Source: Gemmatimonadota bacterium (GTDB lineage Bacteria; Gemmatimonadota; Gemmatimonadetes; Gemmatimonadales; Gemmatimonadaceae). Taken from it: a DNA stretch of 64,000 bases. Below the pieces are notes generated by a model. The model saw nothing but the letters and a program-made list of their open reading frames with translations, ran no database searches and was not told the DNA's origin. Position 1 is the stretch's first letter; each line of letters opens with the position of its first letter. Of this stretch, positions 17,179 to 27,655 are shown one piece after another. The stretch covers positions 4,930 to 68,929 of the forward strand of contig JARIEV010000001.1 of the NCBI GenBank assembly GCA_031127225.1. Reading direction: 5' to 3'. Made by a program: the position numbers and the translations under genes.

Positions 17179-19611
17179 ATGTCCGACATCACCCTCCCGA
17201 CCCCCTACGCGCCCGCCGCCATCGAGCCCAAGTGGCGCGATCGCTGGGCCGACCGCGGCACCAACCATGCCGCGCTCGACAACGCCGCGCGCCCGTTCTA
17301 CGCGCTGATGATGTTCCCGTATCCGTCGGCCGAAGGGCTGCACGTGGGGAACCTCTTTGCGTTCACCGGCAGCGACATCTCGGCGCGCTTCCACCGGCTG
17401 CTGGGCTACGACGTGTTCCAGCCGCTGGGCTACGATGCGTTCGGAATCCACTCGGAGAACTACGCGCTGCGGATCGGCGCACACCCGATGGAGCTGACGC
17501 CGAAAAATGTGGCGAACTTCCAGCGGCAGCTCGAGCGTGCGGGGTTGATGGTGGACTGGCGGCAGAAGGTGGACACGTCGCGGCCGGAGTACTACAAGTG
17601 GACGCAGTGGGTCTTCCTGCAGCTGTACCGTCAGGGGCTCGCGTACAAGAAGGCCGCCGCCGTGAACTGGTGTCCGTCCTGCAAGACGGTGCTCGCCAAT
17701 GAGCAGGTGGAGGGCGGGACCTGCGAACGCTGCGGCACGGCGGTCGAGCAGCGGTTTCTCGAGCAGTGGTTCTTCCGCATTTCGGCGTACGCCGAGCGGC
17801 TGCTGAACAATCTCGAGTGGCTGGACTGGTCGCCGATCACGAAGTCCGCGCAGAAGAACTGGATTGGCCGCTCCGAAGGCGCCGAGTTGTCGTTCCGCGT
17901 GGACGGGCAGACGGACACCGTGACGGTGTTCACCACGCGCCCTGACACGATTTTCGGCGCGACGTACCTCGTGCTCGCGCCCGAGCATCCGCTGGTGGCC
18001 ACGGTCACCACGGAGGCGCAGCGTGCCGCGGTGGCGGGATATCAGGAGGCGACGAAGAAGCAGGACCTGATCTCGCGCAAGAGCACGAAGGAAAAGACGG
18101 GCGTGTTCACGGGCGCATACGCGGTGAATCCGGCCACGGGTGCGAACATCCCGATCTGGATCGCCGACTACGTGCTGATGGAGTACGGCACGGGCGCGAT
18201 CATGGCGGTGCCGGGACATGACGAGCGCGATTTCGAATTCGCGCAGTTGTTTGCCCTGCCCATCGTCCGCGTGGTGGCGGGCCCGGACGACCGTGCCGAC
18301 ACACCGCTGGGTGAGGTTGCGTATACCGATGACGCGCAGGGGCGTCTCGTGAACTCCGGGACGTTTGACGGGCTCCCCGTTGCCGAGGCGAAGACGGCCG
18401 TGACCGCATGGCTTGCGGCGGGCGGCCACGGCACGAAGGTCACGAACTACCGTCTGCACGACTGGTGCATCTCGCGCCAGCGGTATTGGGGCCCGCCGAT
18501 TCCGATCATCTACTGCGACGCGTGTGGCACGGTCCCCGTGCCGGAGTCGCAGTTGCCGGTGGAGTTGCCGTTCATCCCCGACTTCAAGCCCGACGACTCC
18601 GGCATTTCACCGCTGGCGCGGCACGAAGAGTGGTTCCGCGTGCCGTGTCCCACGTGCGGCGCGCCGGCCCGGCGGGAAACCGATGTGTCCGACACGTTCC
18701 TCGACAGCGCGTGGTACTTCCTGCGCTATCCCAGCGCCACGCGCAGCGATGTGGCGTTCGACGCGGACCGCACGTCGCGTTGGCTCCCCGTGGATTCGTA
18801 CATCGGCGGCAACGAGCACGCCGTGTTGCACCTGCTGTACTCGCGCTTCGTCACGATGGTCATGAAAGACGCGGGGCACATCGATTTCGAAGAGCCGTTC
18901 ACGCGCTTCCGTGCGCACGGCATGATCATCCGCGAAGGCGCGAAGATGTCGAAGTCGAAGGGCAACGTGATCAACCCCGATGTGTACATGGAAGAGTGGG
19001 GCGCCGACGCGTTCCGCATGTATCTCATGTTCCTCGGCCCGTACGAAGAGGGTGGCGACTTCCGCGACCAAGGGATCAGCGGCGTCCGCCGGTTCCTTGA
19101 CCGCCTGTGGGCGTCCGTGCGCGATGCACGGGCGGACGTGCCGATCGATGCCAACGTGGTGCGGCAGGTGCATCGCACCATCAAGAAAGTCGGCGATGAT
19201 ACCGCCGGGCTCAGCTACAACACGGCCATTGCCGCCATGATGGAATGCCTCAATCACCTGCGGTCGGGCGACCGCGCCGTGCACCGGGCCGAGGTGTTGC
19301 CGCTGGTGCAACTGGTGGCCGCGTACGCGCCGCACTTCGCGGAAGAGTGCTGGGAGATGCTCGGTCACACCGGCAGCGTGTTCGATGCCGGCTGGCCGAC
19401 GTTCGATCCGGCGATGCTCGTGGATAACGAAGTCGATCTGGTCGTGCAGGTGAACGGCAAGGTCCGTGGCAAGCTGCGCCTGGCCGCGGACGTGACGCAG
19501 GACGCCGCGATGGCGGGCGCGATGGCCGATGCCGGGATCGCGAAATTCGTGGTCGGGGAGATCAAAAAGGTGATCTTCGTGCCCAAGCGGCTGCTCAACA
19601 TCGTGGTGTAA
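17179..19611 (+). CDS. leuS: Leucine--tRNA ligase
   Basis: MFPYPS..GLHVGN (HIGH-like), TTRPDT and GTGAIMAVPGHDERD editing domain, DWCISRQRYWG, KMSKS, VQVNGKVRG. Confidence 0.97.
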   Translation: MSDITLPTPYAPAAIEPKWRDRWADRGTNHAALDNAARPFYALMMFPYPSAEGLHVGNLFAFTGSDISARFHRLLGYDVFQPLGYDAFGIHSENYALRIGAHPMELTPKNVANFQRQLERAGLMVDWRQKVDTSRPEYYKWTQWVFLQLYRQGLAYKKAAAVNWCPSCKTVLANEQVEGGTCERCGTAVEQRFLEQWFFRISAYAERLLNNLEWLDWSPITKSAQKNWIGRSEGAELSFRVDGQTDTVTVFTTRPDTIFGATYLVLAPEHPLVATVTTEAQRAAVAGYQEATKKQDLISRKSTKEKTGVFTGAYAVNPATGANIPIWIADYVLMEYGTGAIMAVPGHDERDFEFAQLFALPIVRVVAGPDDRADTPLGEVAYTDDAQGRLVNSGTFDGLPVAEAKTAVTAWLAAGGHGTKVTNYRLHDWCISRQRYWGPPIPIIYCDACGTVPVPESQLPVELPFIPDFKPDDSGISPLARHEEWFRVPCPTCGAPARRETDVSDTFLDSAWYFLRYPSATRSDVAFDADRTSRWLPVDSYIGGNEHAVLHLLYSRFVTMVMKDAGHIDFEEPFTRFRAHGMIIREGAKMSKSKGNVINPDVYMEEWGADAFRMYLMFLGPYEEGGDFRDQGISGVRRFLDRLWASVRDARADVPIDANVVRQVHRTIKKVGDDTAGLSYNTAIAAMMECLNHLRSGDRAVHRAEVLPLVQLVAAYAPHFAEECWEMLGHTGSVFDAGWPTFDPAMLVDNEVDLVVQVNGKVRGKLRLAADVTQDAAMAGAMADAGIAKFVVGEIKKVIFVPKRLLNIVV

Positions 19612-19613
19612 GT

Positions 19614-19644
19614 CGCGGGGGGCCCCGGGACCCGGGGCCCGCGG
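19614..19644. terminator. GC-rich palindrome after leuS
   Basis: GGCCCCGGG-A-CCCGGGGCC core directly after the stop; no U-tract. Confidence 0.4.
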
Positions 19645-19776
19645 GCCGTGCCGGTGAATCCGCGGCAACGATTGGACCGTCGGCGGCGTTTTACCTGTGA
19701 AGCGTTTCTCGCGGCGCTCGCCGGCCCCCGGGTCGCAAGACGAGCGCTCTTTCCGCCCCGCCGTTCGCCCCTGCGA

Positions 19777-21042
19777 ATGCCAGACAATGTGATGCCGCTG
19801 CGCGCCACGCGCCGGTTCGCCATAGCCCCCGTGCACCGGCTCCTCGCCGGTGCCTCCCTCCTCCTCGTGGGTCTGTCGGCCTGCAAAGAGAACAAGCGCC
19901 CGCCCCGTCCCGCGCCGGTCGTGTCCACGGCGACCGTGAAGAAGGGGCCGCTCCCCTTTGTCGTGACCGCCAACGGGCAGATCGAGCCCAACCGTACCGT
20001 CTCGGTGCAGTCGCTCGTGTCGGGCATGCTGACCCGCGTCGCGATCGCCGAGGGGGATGAGGTCCGGCAGGGGCAGGTGCTGTTCCAGATTGATCCGCGG
20101 CCGTTCCGGGCCGAGGTCGACCGGCTGGAGAGCACGCTGGCCCGCGATCAGGCCACGCTGGCGCGCGCGCGCGGCGACTCCGTCCGCTTCGCCGGTCTGG
20201 CGAAGGACGGATACGTCACCCGACAGCAGCTCGACCAGACCTTCGCCGAAGCCTCGGCGCTCGCCGCCACCGTTGCGGCCGGGCGTGCCTCGCTCGAGCG
20301 GGCGCGACTGGATCTCGAGAACGCCACGGTGAAGGCGCCGATTTCCGGGCGGACGGGGCAGATCACCCTGCGCGCGGGCAGCCTCGTGCGTGCCCAGGCC
20401 GATCCGCCACTGCTCATCATCAACGAACTCGAGCCGGTGCTGGTGACCTTCAGCGTGCCAGAGCAGGCGTTCGAAGAAATGCGCCGTCGCGCCGGGCTGG
20501 ATCAGGCGTTGTCGGTCGACATCGTGCCCAACGTCGGTGACAGCACCAGGAAAATCACCGGCATCCTCACGTTCATCGACAATGCCGTCGATCGCGCCAC
20601 GGGGACAGTGCTCCTGAAAGCCCGGGTGCCCAACGCCGACCGCGCCCTGTGGCCCGGTCAGTTCGTGTCGGTCGGTCTGCAACTGGCCGTCGATCAGGAC
20701 GCCATCACGGTGCCTGCCGAAGCCGTCGTTGCGACCGGGACCGGCGCGTTTGTGTATCTCGTGGACGGTGGCAAGGCCAAGCGCACGTCGGTCAAGGTCG
20801 GGCGTCAGGCTGGAACGGTGGTGAAGGTGGACAGCGGTCTCGTGGGCGGCGAACAGGTCATCATCGAGGGGCAGAATCGCCTCCAGGACGGCGCGAAAGT
20901 CGAACTGCGTGGATCGCTCTCCGGTGGTGGCCGCACTGGCGCCAACGGCGGTCGGAGCGGTCGCGGTGGTGCGCGTGGCGGTGCCGGTGGAGCCGCAGAC
21001 ACAGGGGCTGGCGGCGGGAATCCGCGCGGGGGTACCCGATGA
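19777..21042 (+). CDS. RND efflux periplasmic adaptor (MdtA-like lipoprotein); start uncertain
   Basis: Lipobox LSAC; EGDEVRQGQVLFQIDPRPF, APISGRTG, IDNAVDRATGT, LWPGQFV. Confidence 0.9.
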   Translation: MPDNVMPLRATRRFAIAPVHRLLAGASLLLVGLSACKENKRPPRPAPVVSTATVKKGPLPFVVTANGQIEPNRTVSVQSLVSGMLTRVAIAEGDEVRQGQVLFQIDPRPFRAEVDRLESTLARDQATLARARGDSVRFAGLAKDGYVTRQQLDQTFAEASALAATVAAGRASLERARLDLENATVKAPISGRTGQITLRAGSLVRAQADPPLLIINELEPVLVTFSVPEQAFEEMRRRAGLDQALSVDIVPNVGDSTRKITGILTFIDNAVDRATGTVLLKARVPNADRALWPGQFVSVGLQLAVDQDAITVPAEAVVATGTGAFVYLVDGGKAKRTSVKVGRQAGTVVKVDSGLVGGEQVIIEGQNRLQDGAKVELRGSLSGGGRTGANGGRSGRGGARGGAGGAADTGAGGGNPRGGTR

Positions 21043-24000
21043 ATCTGAGCGCCATCTGGATCCGGCGGCCGGTCATGACCACGCTGGTCATGCTGGCCAT
21101 CCTGACGTTCGGCGTGGTCGCCTATCGCGCCCTGCCGGTCAGCGACCTCCCTACGATCGATTATCCCACGATCACCGTGTCCGCCGGCCTGCCGGGCGCG
21201 AGCCCGGAAGTCATGGCGACCTCGGTCGCGACGCCGCTCGAGCAGGCTTTCTCCACGGTGTCGGGCATCGAGAGCATCACGTCCTCGAGTTCGCAGGGGA
21301 GCACCAACGTCACGCTGCTCTTCGCCCTCGACCGCGACATCGACAAGGCCGCCGGCGATGTGCAGTCGGCGATCTCCAAGACGCTGCGCCAGCTGCCGCA
21401 GGGCATCAATCCGCCCTCGTACAACAAGGCGAACGCGGCGGACTCGCCGATCATGATGTTCTCGGTCAATTCCGACGTGCTCAGCCGTCAGGAATTGAGC
21501 GAATACGCCGAAACGTTCCTGGCCCAGCGGATCTCCACGGTCACCGGCGTCGCGCAGGTGCAGGTGTACGGCTCGTCCAAATACGCCGTGCGGGTGCAGC
21601 TCGATCCCGGCGCCATGGCGGCGCGCGGCATCGGGATCGACGAAGTGCAGAGTGCCATCAATCAGGGCAACTCCAACTCGCCGGCCGGTGTGCTCATGGG
21701 GCCGAACCAGTCGTTCACCCTGCAGGCGTCGGGGCAGCTCCGCAACGCCGCCGAATTCCGCAATCTCGTGGTCACCATGCGCAACGGCGCGCCGATCCGC
21801 CTCGGCGAGCTCGGCACGGTGATCGATGGCCTGCAGAACATGCGCGGCATGAGTGAGATCAACGGACGCGCCAACACGGCGCTCGCGATCATCCGTCAGC
21901 CCGGTGTGAACACGGTGGATGTGGCGGAAGGGGTGAAGGCCGTCCTCGAACAGATCACGCCGCAGCTGCCGCCCAGCGTCAGCATCGTGCCGATCTTCGA
22001 CCGGTCCGAGTCGATCAAGGACAGCGTGGACGATGTCAAGTTCACACTGCTCCTCACGATCGGGCTCGTCGTGATGGTGATCTTCCTGTTCCTCCGTAAC
22101 ATCCGCGCGACCATCATCCCGTCGCTCGCGCTGCCGTTCTCGCTGATCGGCACCTGCACGGTGATGTGGATGCTGGGGTACAGCCTCGACAATCTGTCGC
22201 TGATGGCGCTCACGCTCGCGGTCGGGTTTGTCGTCGACGACGCGATCGTGATGCTGGAGAACATCGTGCGGCACATCGAGATGGGGAAGAAACCGCTGCA
22301 GGCCGCGCTCGACGGGTCGAAGGAGATCAGCTTCACGATCCTCTCGATGACGCTCTCGCTCGTGGCCGTGTTCATCCCGCTGCTGTTCATGCCGGGGCTC
22401 GTGGGGCGTCTGTTTCGCGAATTCGCGGTCACGATCGGTGTGGCGATTCTCGTGTCCGGCTTCGTCTCGCTCACGCTCACGCCTATGCTGGCGGCACGCT
22501 TCCTCCGCGAGGGGGAAGGACACGCCCCGAGCGACGGCAAGTGGCGGTCGGTCGAGCGGGTGTATCAGGCCACTGAAGGTGGCTACGTGCGGTCGCTCGC
22601 GTGGGTCATGAACCACCGCGGTCTGGCGATGCTGTTCAGCGCGTTCACGCTCGCCGCCACGGTCGGGCTCTTCCTGTTCATTCCGAAGGGCTTCCTCCCG
22701 TCGGAAGATACGGGCCGTCTGCAGGGATCCATTGAGGGGCCCGAAGGCATCGGCTACGAGGCGCTATCGGCGAAGATCCGCGAAGTGGCGGCGATCATCC
22801 AGAAGAGCCCCAACGTCAAGTACACGCTCGCCTCGATCGGCGGCGGTCCCGGCGGCGGTGGGTCCAACAGTGGACGCCTGCAGCTCACGCTCAGCGACGA
22901 TCCGAAGCGGCCGCACGTGGACCAGATCATGCGCGAACTCACCCGCGCCACGTCGCGGGTGCCCGGGGTACAGGTGTTCTTCCGCAATCCGCCGCCCATC
23001 AACATCGGCGGCCGTCGCGGCAATAGCGCGTATCAGGTATCGCTGCAGGGACCGGATATCGCCGAGCTGTACACGTCGGCGCGTGCCTTGGAAGCACGGA
23101 TGCGTGATCTGCCGGAACTCGAGAACATCTCGAGCGACCTGCAGGTTGGAAATCCGCAAGTCGGCATCCAGATCGACCGCGAGCGTGCCTCTTCGCTGGG
23201 GCTGACGGCCACGCAGATCGAGAACGCGCTGTACAACGCCTATGGCTCGCGGCAGGTCTCCACGATCTACACGCAGACCAACCAGTACCAGGTCATTCTC
23301 GAGCTCAAGGAAGCGTTCCAGAAGGACCCCGCCTCGCTGAGCCAGCTGTTCGTGCGGTCCAACACGGGCAACCTCCTGCAGTTGGGATCGGTGGCCACCT
23401 TCACCAAGGGGGTCGGGCCGCAGAGCATCCAGCACAACGGGCAGCTGCCGGCGGTCTCAATCAGTTTCGCCACGCGGCCCAATGTGGCGCTCGGGACGGC
23501 GGTCGACGCCGTGAACCGCGAAGCGCGCGCCGTGCTGCCGCCCGACGTAACACCGGTGCTCTCGGGTGATACACAGGCGTTCGCCCAGGCGCAGAGTGGG
23601 CTACTGGCGCTGCTGTTCGTCGCGATCTTCGTGATCTACGTGGTGCTCGGCATCCTGTACGAGAGCTTCATCCACCCGATCACGATCCTCTCCGGCCTTC
23701 CCTTCGCCGCGCTCGGCGCGCTCATCACGCTGCTGATCTTCGGTAAGGATCTCAGCGTGTACTCGTACGTCGGCATCATCATGCTGATCGGCCTCGTGAA
23801 GAAGAACGCCATCATGATGATCGACTTCGCGATTGATGCGGAGCGCGAGCGGGGCATGTCCGCGAGTGATGCCATCGTGGAGGCAGCGCGGGTGCGCTTC
23901 CGCCCCATCACGATGACCACACTGGCCGCCCTCATGGGGACGCTGCCGATCGCCATCGGCTTCGGTGCCGGGGCAGAGTCACGGCAGCCGCTCGGGCTCG

Positions 24001-24158
24001 CGGTGGTGGGAGGCCTGGCGTTCTCGCAGTTGATCACGCTCTACGTCACGCCCGTCGTGTACAGCCTGCTCGATCAGATGCAGCAGCGGCGCCGGCAGGC
24101 AAAAGTGTCCAGCGCGCGCGGTGGGAGCATGGAGCCGATGCCGGTTGCGGGTGACTGA
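21039..24158 (+). CDS. RND efflux permease (MdtB/MdtC-like, AcrB family)
   Basis: IRRPVMTTL, LPVSDLP..DYPTI, GFVVDDAIVMLENI, GLVKKNAIMMIDFA, RFRPI.MTT; ATGA overlap with the adaptor. Confidence 0.93.
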   Translation: MNLSAIWIRRPVMTTLVMLAILTFGVVAYRALPVSDLPTIDYPTITVSAGLPGASPEVMATSVATPLEQAFSTVSGIESITSSSSQGSTNVTLLFALDRDIDKAAGDVQSAISKTLRQLPQGINPPSYNKANAADSPIMMFSVNSDVLSRQELSEYAETFLAQRISTVTGVAQVQVYGSSKYAVRVQLDPGAMAARGIGIDEVQSAINQGNSNSPAGVLMGPNQSFTLQASGQLRNAAEFRNLVVTMRNGAPIRLGELGTVIDGLQNMRGMSEINGRANTALAIIRQPGVNTVDVAEGVKAVLEQITPQLPPSVSIVPIFDRSESIKDSVDDVKFTLLLTIGLVVMVIFLFLRNIRATIIPSLALPFSLIGTCTVMWMLGYSLDNLSLMALTLAVGFVVDDAIVMLENIVRHIEMGKKPLQAALDGSKEISFTILSMTLSLVAVFIPLLFMPGLVGRLFREFAVTIGVAILVSGFVSLTLTPMLAARFLREGEGHAPSDGKWRSVERVYQATEGGYVRSLAWVMNHRGLAMLFSAFTLAATVGLFLFIPKGFLPSEDTGRLQGSIEGPEGIGYEALSAKIREVAAIIQKSPNVKYTLASIGGGPGGGGSNSGRLQLTLSDDPKRPHVDQIMRELTRATSRVPGVQVFFRNPPPINIGGRRGNSAYQVSLQGPDIAELYTSARALEARMRDLPELENISSDLQVGNPQVGIQIDRERASSLGLTATQIENALYNAYGSRQVSTIYTQTNQYQVILELKEAFQKDPASLSQLFVRSNTGNLLQLGSVATFTKGVGPQSIQHNGQLPAVSISFATRPNVALGTAVDAVNREARAVLPPDVTPVLSGDTQAFAQAQSGLLALLFVAIFVIYVVLGILYESFIHPITILSGLPFAALGALITLLIFGKDLSVYSYVGIIMLIGLVKKNAIMMIDFAIDAERERGMSASDAIVEAARVRFRPITMTTLAALMGTLPIAIGFGAGAESRQPLGLAVVGGLAFSQLITLYVTPVVYSLLDQMQQRRRQAKVSSARGGSMEPMPVAGD

Positions 24159-24180
24159 CCCGCGACGGTGACCGAAAGAG

Positions 24181-24214
24181 CGAACGGCCGTCGGCATCTG
24201 CCGGCGGCCGTTCG
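24181..24214. terminator. Hairpin between the convergent RND permease and kup genes
   Basis: CGAACGGCCGTCGGCA-TC-TGCCGGCGGCCGTTCG. Confidence 0.6.
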
Positions 24215-24241
24215 TGCATCGGTCATCCACCCGCCCCGCGT

Positions 24242-26368
24242 CTAGAACTCGATCTGGGTGCCGAGTTCGACCACGCGGTTGGGGGGAATGCAGAAGAACT
24301 CCGTGGCCGAGCGCGCGTTCCGCGCCATGATCGAGAAGATCACCTTGCGCCAGCGTGCCAGCGTGACCGTGTCACCGGGCTTGGCCGAGACGGGAATGAG
24401 CCGCTCGCGTCCCAGGAAATAGCTCGTCTCCATCGGCTTGCAGCGGATCCCCATCTGGTCCACCACCTCGAGCACGTTGGGCACGTTCGGCGTCTGCATG
24501 AAGCCGTAGGACGCCACCACGCGCCAGAAGCCGTTCCCCAGCGGGATGACGCGCACGCGCTCGGCAGCGGTGGTCTCCGGCACATCGGCCGTTTTCACCG
24601 ACACCAGCAGCACGCGTTCATGCAGCACCTTGTTGTGCTTCAGGTGGTGCAGCAGCACCGGCGGTACGCCGTCATCGCTGCCGGTCATGAAGACGGCGGT
24701 GCCGGGCACGCGGTGGACGCTGGAGCTCTGCGCCCCGTCGATGAACAGCCCGATCGGCATGGCGCCCTCGGAAAGGCGCGCATTGAGCAGGGCGCGGCCG
24801 CGCTTCCACGTGAGCATGAGCAGGAACAGCACGACGCCAAGGGCCATCGGTACCCAGCCGCCATGCATGAGCTTGACCACGTTGGCGCTGAAGAAGAACA
24901 GGTCAACCACCAGGAACACCGACGCGAGCCCCGCCGCCTGCCACCATTTCCAGCGGAAGCGGATGCGTGCGACGACGTAAAAGAGCACGCTGGTGATCAG
25001 CATGGTGCCCGTGACCGCGATGCCGTACGCCGCTCCCAGTGCGGACGTGTTCTTGAAGAGTACGACGATGATGAGACAGCCCACGGCAATGAAGTAGTTC
25101 ACCTCGGGGATGTAGATCTGCCCCTCCTCGACCGTCGAGGTGTGCCGGATTTCGAGCCGCGGAATGAAGCCCAGCGCGATTCCCTGCCGTGTGACTGAGT
25201 ACGCGCCCGAGATCATGGCCTGCGACGCCACGATCGCCGCCATCGTGGCCAGCACGATGAGCGGTAGGATCATCGCCTTGGGCGCGAGCAGGAAGAACGG
25301 ATTCTCGACCGCCGCCGGATTGCGAACCAGCAGCGCGCCCTGACCGAAGTAATTGAGCAGCAGCGCCGGGAACACCAGCAGCAGCCACGCCGCACGAATG
25401 GGACGGATGCCGAAGTGTCCCATGTCGGCATAGAGGGCCTCGCCACCGGTGATCACGAGCACCACGGAGCCGAGCACGAAGAACGCCAGCGAGCCATGTA
25501 GCTGGACGAAATGCACGGCGTACATGGGGTTCACTGCGCCAAGAATCCACGGCGACTGCATCAGTTCGCGCACGCCGAGGGCGGCGATCGTGATGAACCA
25601 CAGCAGCATGATCGGACCGAAGGCCTTGCCCATCAGGTCGGTGCCGAAACGCTGGACCGCGAACAGCGACGTCAGGATCACCAGCGTGATCGGCACGATG
25701 TACTGCGCTACACTCGGCACGGCGATCTCAAGCCCTTCCATGGCCCCGAGCACGCTCATCGCCGGCGTGATGATGCCGTCGCCGTACAGCAGAGCCGTGC
25801 CGAACAGCGCGAGGGCCACGAAGATGCCACCACGCTTGAATCCCTGCGGTGTCCCGCGCGGGAAGATCAGCGCGAGCATGGCGAACTGGCCGCCCTCACC
25901 GCGGTTGTCGGCCCGCAGCACGAAGCTCACGTACTTCACCGTGATCACCAGCGTCAGCGCCCACACGATCAGCGAGAGGATGCCGAAGACGTTCTCGCGG
26001 GTGGGCTGCAGCCCGTAAATGGGACTGAAGCATTCCTTGATGGAATACAGCGGGCTGGTGCCGATGTCGCCGTACACCACGCCAAGCGCCGTCAGCGTAA
26101 GAATCGCGAGGCGTTTGCCCGTGGGATTCTGATGGTGCCCGTCTTTCCGGAGCGGTGACTGCACCGGGAACATGCCGGTGTTCGAATGGATCTCGGCGCC
26201 CAGCGGGGCGCTGCCCGCGTCGTGCGCCGCCGCAGGGTTGGCCGATGCGCCGGTCGGATGCCGGATGGCGTCGGATGGGCGCGGTTCGGCAGGAGAGCCG
26301 GTCGTCGGCTCCGGCGTTGATGCAGAGGCGGCCGGGGCCGCGTCCGGGATGCTAGGATCGTTAGTCAT
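24242..26368 (-). CDS. kup: Potassium transporter Kup
   Basis: LGVVYGDIGTSPLY, ADNRGEGG, GGEALYADMGHFG, GQIYIPEVN, VVELGTQIEF. Confidence 0.95.
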   Translation of the reverse strand: MTNDPSIPDAAPAASASTPEPTTGSPAEPRPSDAIRHPTGASANPAAAHDAGSAPLGAEIHSNTGMFPVQSPLRKDGHHQNPTGKRLAILTLTALGVVYGDIGTSPLYSIKECFSPIYGLQPTRENVFGILSLIVWALTLVITVKYVSFVLRADNRGEGGQFAMLALIFPRGTPQGFKRGGIFVALALFGTALLYGDGIITPAMSVLGAMEGLEIAVPSVAQYIVPITLVILTSLFAVQRFGTDLMGKAFGPIMLLWFITIAALGVRELMQSPWILGAVNPMYAVHFVQLHGSLAFFVLGSVVLVITGGEALYADMGHFGIRPIRAAWLLLVFPALLLNYFGQGALLVRNPAAVENPFFLLAPKAMILPLIVLATMAAIVASQAMISGAYSVTRQGIALGFIPRLEIRHTSTVEEGQIYIPEVNYFIAVGCLIIVVLFKNTSALGAAYGIAVTGTMLITSVLFYVVARIRFRWKWWQAAGLASVFLVVDLFFFSANVVKLMHGGWVPMALGVVLFLLMLTWKRGRALLNARLSEGAMPIGLFIDGAQSSSVHRVPGTAVFMTGSDDGVPPVLLHHLKHNKVLHERVLLVSVKTADVPETTAAERVRVIPLGNGFWRVVASYGFMQTPNVPNVLEVVDQMGIRCKPMETSYFLGRERLIPVSAKPGDTVTLARWRKVIFSIMARNARSATEFFCIPPNRVVELGTQIEF

Positions 26369-26429
26369 GATTCGGGACGAAACCGAAATGTACCATGGTG
26401 CGCCCCGGAACTCGCTACCCGATCGGCCT

Positions 26430-27653
26430 CTACTCGTACCGGAGCGCCATGATCGGGTCCAGCTTGGAGGCCCGCCGGGCGGGCCACACCCCGAACACCA
26501 CCCCCACCACGGCCGAAAAGGCGAAGGCCATCGCGATCGATTGCGAGCTGACCGACGTGTTCCAGGCAAACAGACGGCTGATCAGCATCGCACCGCCACT
26601 GCCCACCGCCACGCCGATCGCTCCCCCCAGCAGGCAGAGTACCACGGCCTCGATGAGGAATTGGAACAGGATGTTCGCCCCGGTCGCCCCCAGCGCCTTT
26701 CGGACGCCGATTTCCCGCGTCCGTTCGGTCACCGACACCAGCATGATGTTCATGATGCCGATGCCGCCCACCAGCAGCGAGACCGCCGCGATCCCGGCCA
26801 GCAGCGATCCGAACACCTTGCTCGTCTCAGCGAAGGTGGTCAGGAAGTCCGCCTGATTCCGGATGGTAAAGTCGTCGTCCCGCTCGCGCGGCAGGCGATG
26901 CTCACGGCGCAGGATCTTCTGGATCTCCGCCATGGCTTCGGGGATCCGCTCCTCGGAGACAGCCAGCACTGAAATCGAGCGGATCCGGTCGGTGCCCAGC
27001 ACCCGGAAGCGCGCCGTGTTCAGCGGGATCAGGACCTGGTCGTCGGGGTTCTGAAAGGGCGATGTCTGCCCCTTCGACTTGAGCACACCGATGACGGTGA
27101 ACTGGATCCCGCGAATACGGACCGCCTCACCGATGATCGCCTCGGGGTTCTCAATGCCGAGATTGGTCAGCACCGCGGGTCCGACCACGGCCACGCGCCG
27201 CTTGCCGAGGTCCTCCTGCGTGGAGAACATCCGGCCCCCCAGCAGTTCGTACTTGCGCACCTCGAGGTAGTTGGCTGAGGTGCCGACCACCTGCGTGCTG
27301 GCGTTTTTCGCCTGAAACTGTAGCTGCAGCTGGCGGGACATCTCGGGCTGGACGGCCGTGACCAGCGTGGACTGCTCTTCGAGCGCGGCCGCGTCGTCCA
27401 TCGTGAGCTTAGCGCGATCGGCTTCCGCCGCCACGCCGCCCATGCCGCGCACCTGCCCCGGTGTGACGGTGAGGAGGGTGGTCCCGAGCGCGGTGATGCG
27501 ATCCTTGATCGACTCCTGCGCACCGCGGCCGATCCCGTCCATCGCGATCACGGCACCAACCCCGATAACGATGCCGAGCATCGTGAGGACGGAGCGGAGC
27601 TTGTTGGCCCGGAGCGCTCCTAAGGCGACGCGAACGGTTTCGGCGTAGACCAT
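26430..27653 (-). CDS. MacB/FtsX-type ABC transporter permease (no fused ATPase)
   Basis: NKLRSVLTMLGIVIGV, GGIGIMNIMLVSVTERTREIGVRKALGA, PARRASKLDPIMALRYE. Confidence 0.93.
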   Translation of the reverse strand: MVYAETVRVALGALRANKLRSVLTMLGIVIGVGAVIAMDGIGRGAQESIKDRITALGTTLLTVTPGQVRGMGGVAAEADRAKLTMDDAAALEEQSTLVTAVQPEMSRQLQLQFQAKNASTQVVGTSANYLEVRKYELLGGRMFSTQEDLGKRRVAVVGPAVLTNLGIENPEAIIGEAVRIRGIQFTVIGVLKSKGQTSPFQNPDDQVLIPLNTARFRVLGTDRIRSISVLAVSEERIPEAMAEIQKILRREHRLPRERDDDFTIRNQADFLTTFAETSKVFGSLLAGIAAVSLLVGGIGIMNIMLVSVTERTREIGVRKALGATGANILFQFLIEAVVLCLLGGAIGVAVGSGGAMLISRLFAWNTSVSSQSIAMAFAFSAVVGVVFGVWPARRASKLDPIMALRYE

Positions 27654-27655
27654 GC

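Noticed and set aside
20649-21038. Extended N-termini from the ORF track (RND permease, kup, TolC 35308-36828, acyl-CoA dehydrogenase, 6817-11298)
   Set aside because: The extensions overlap neighbouring genes or terminators, or lack family similarity; downstream starts fit family N-termini and stop/start coupling better
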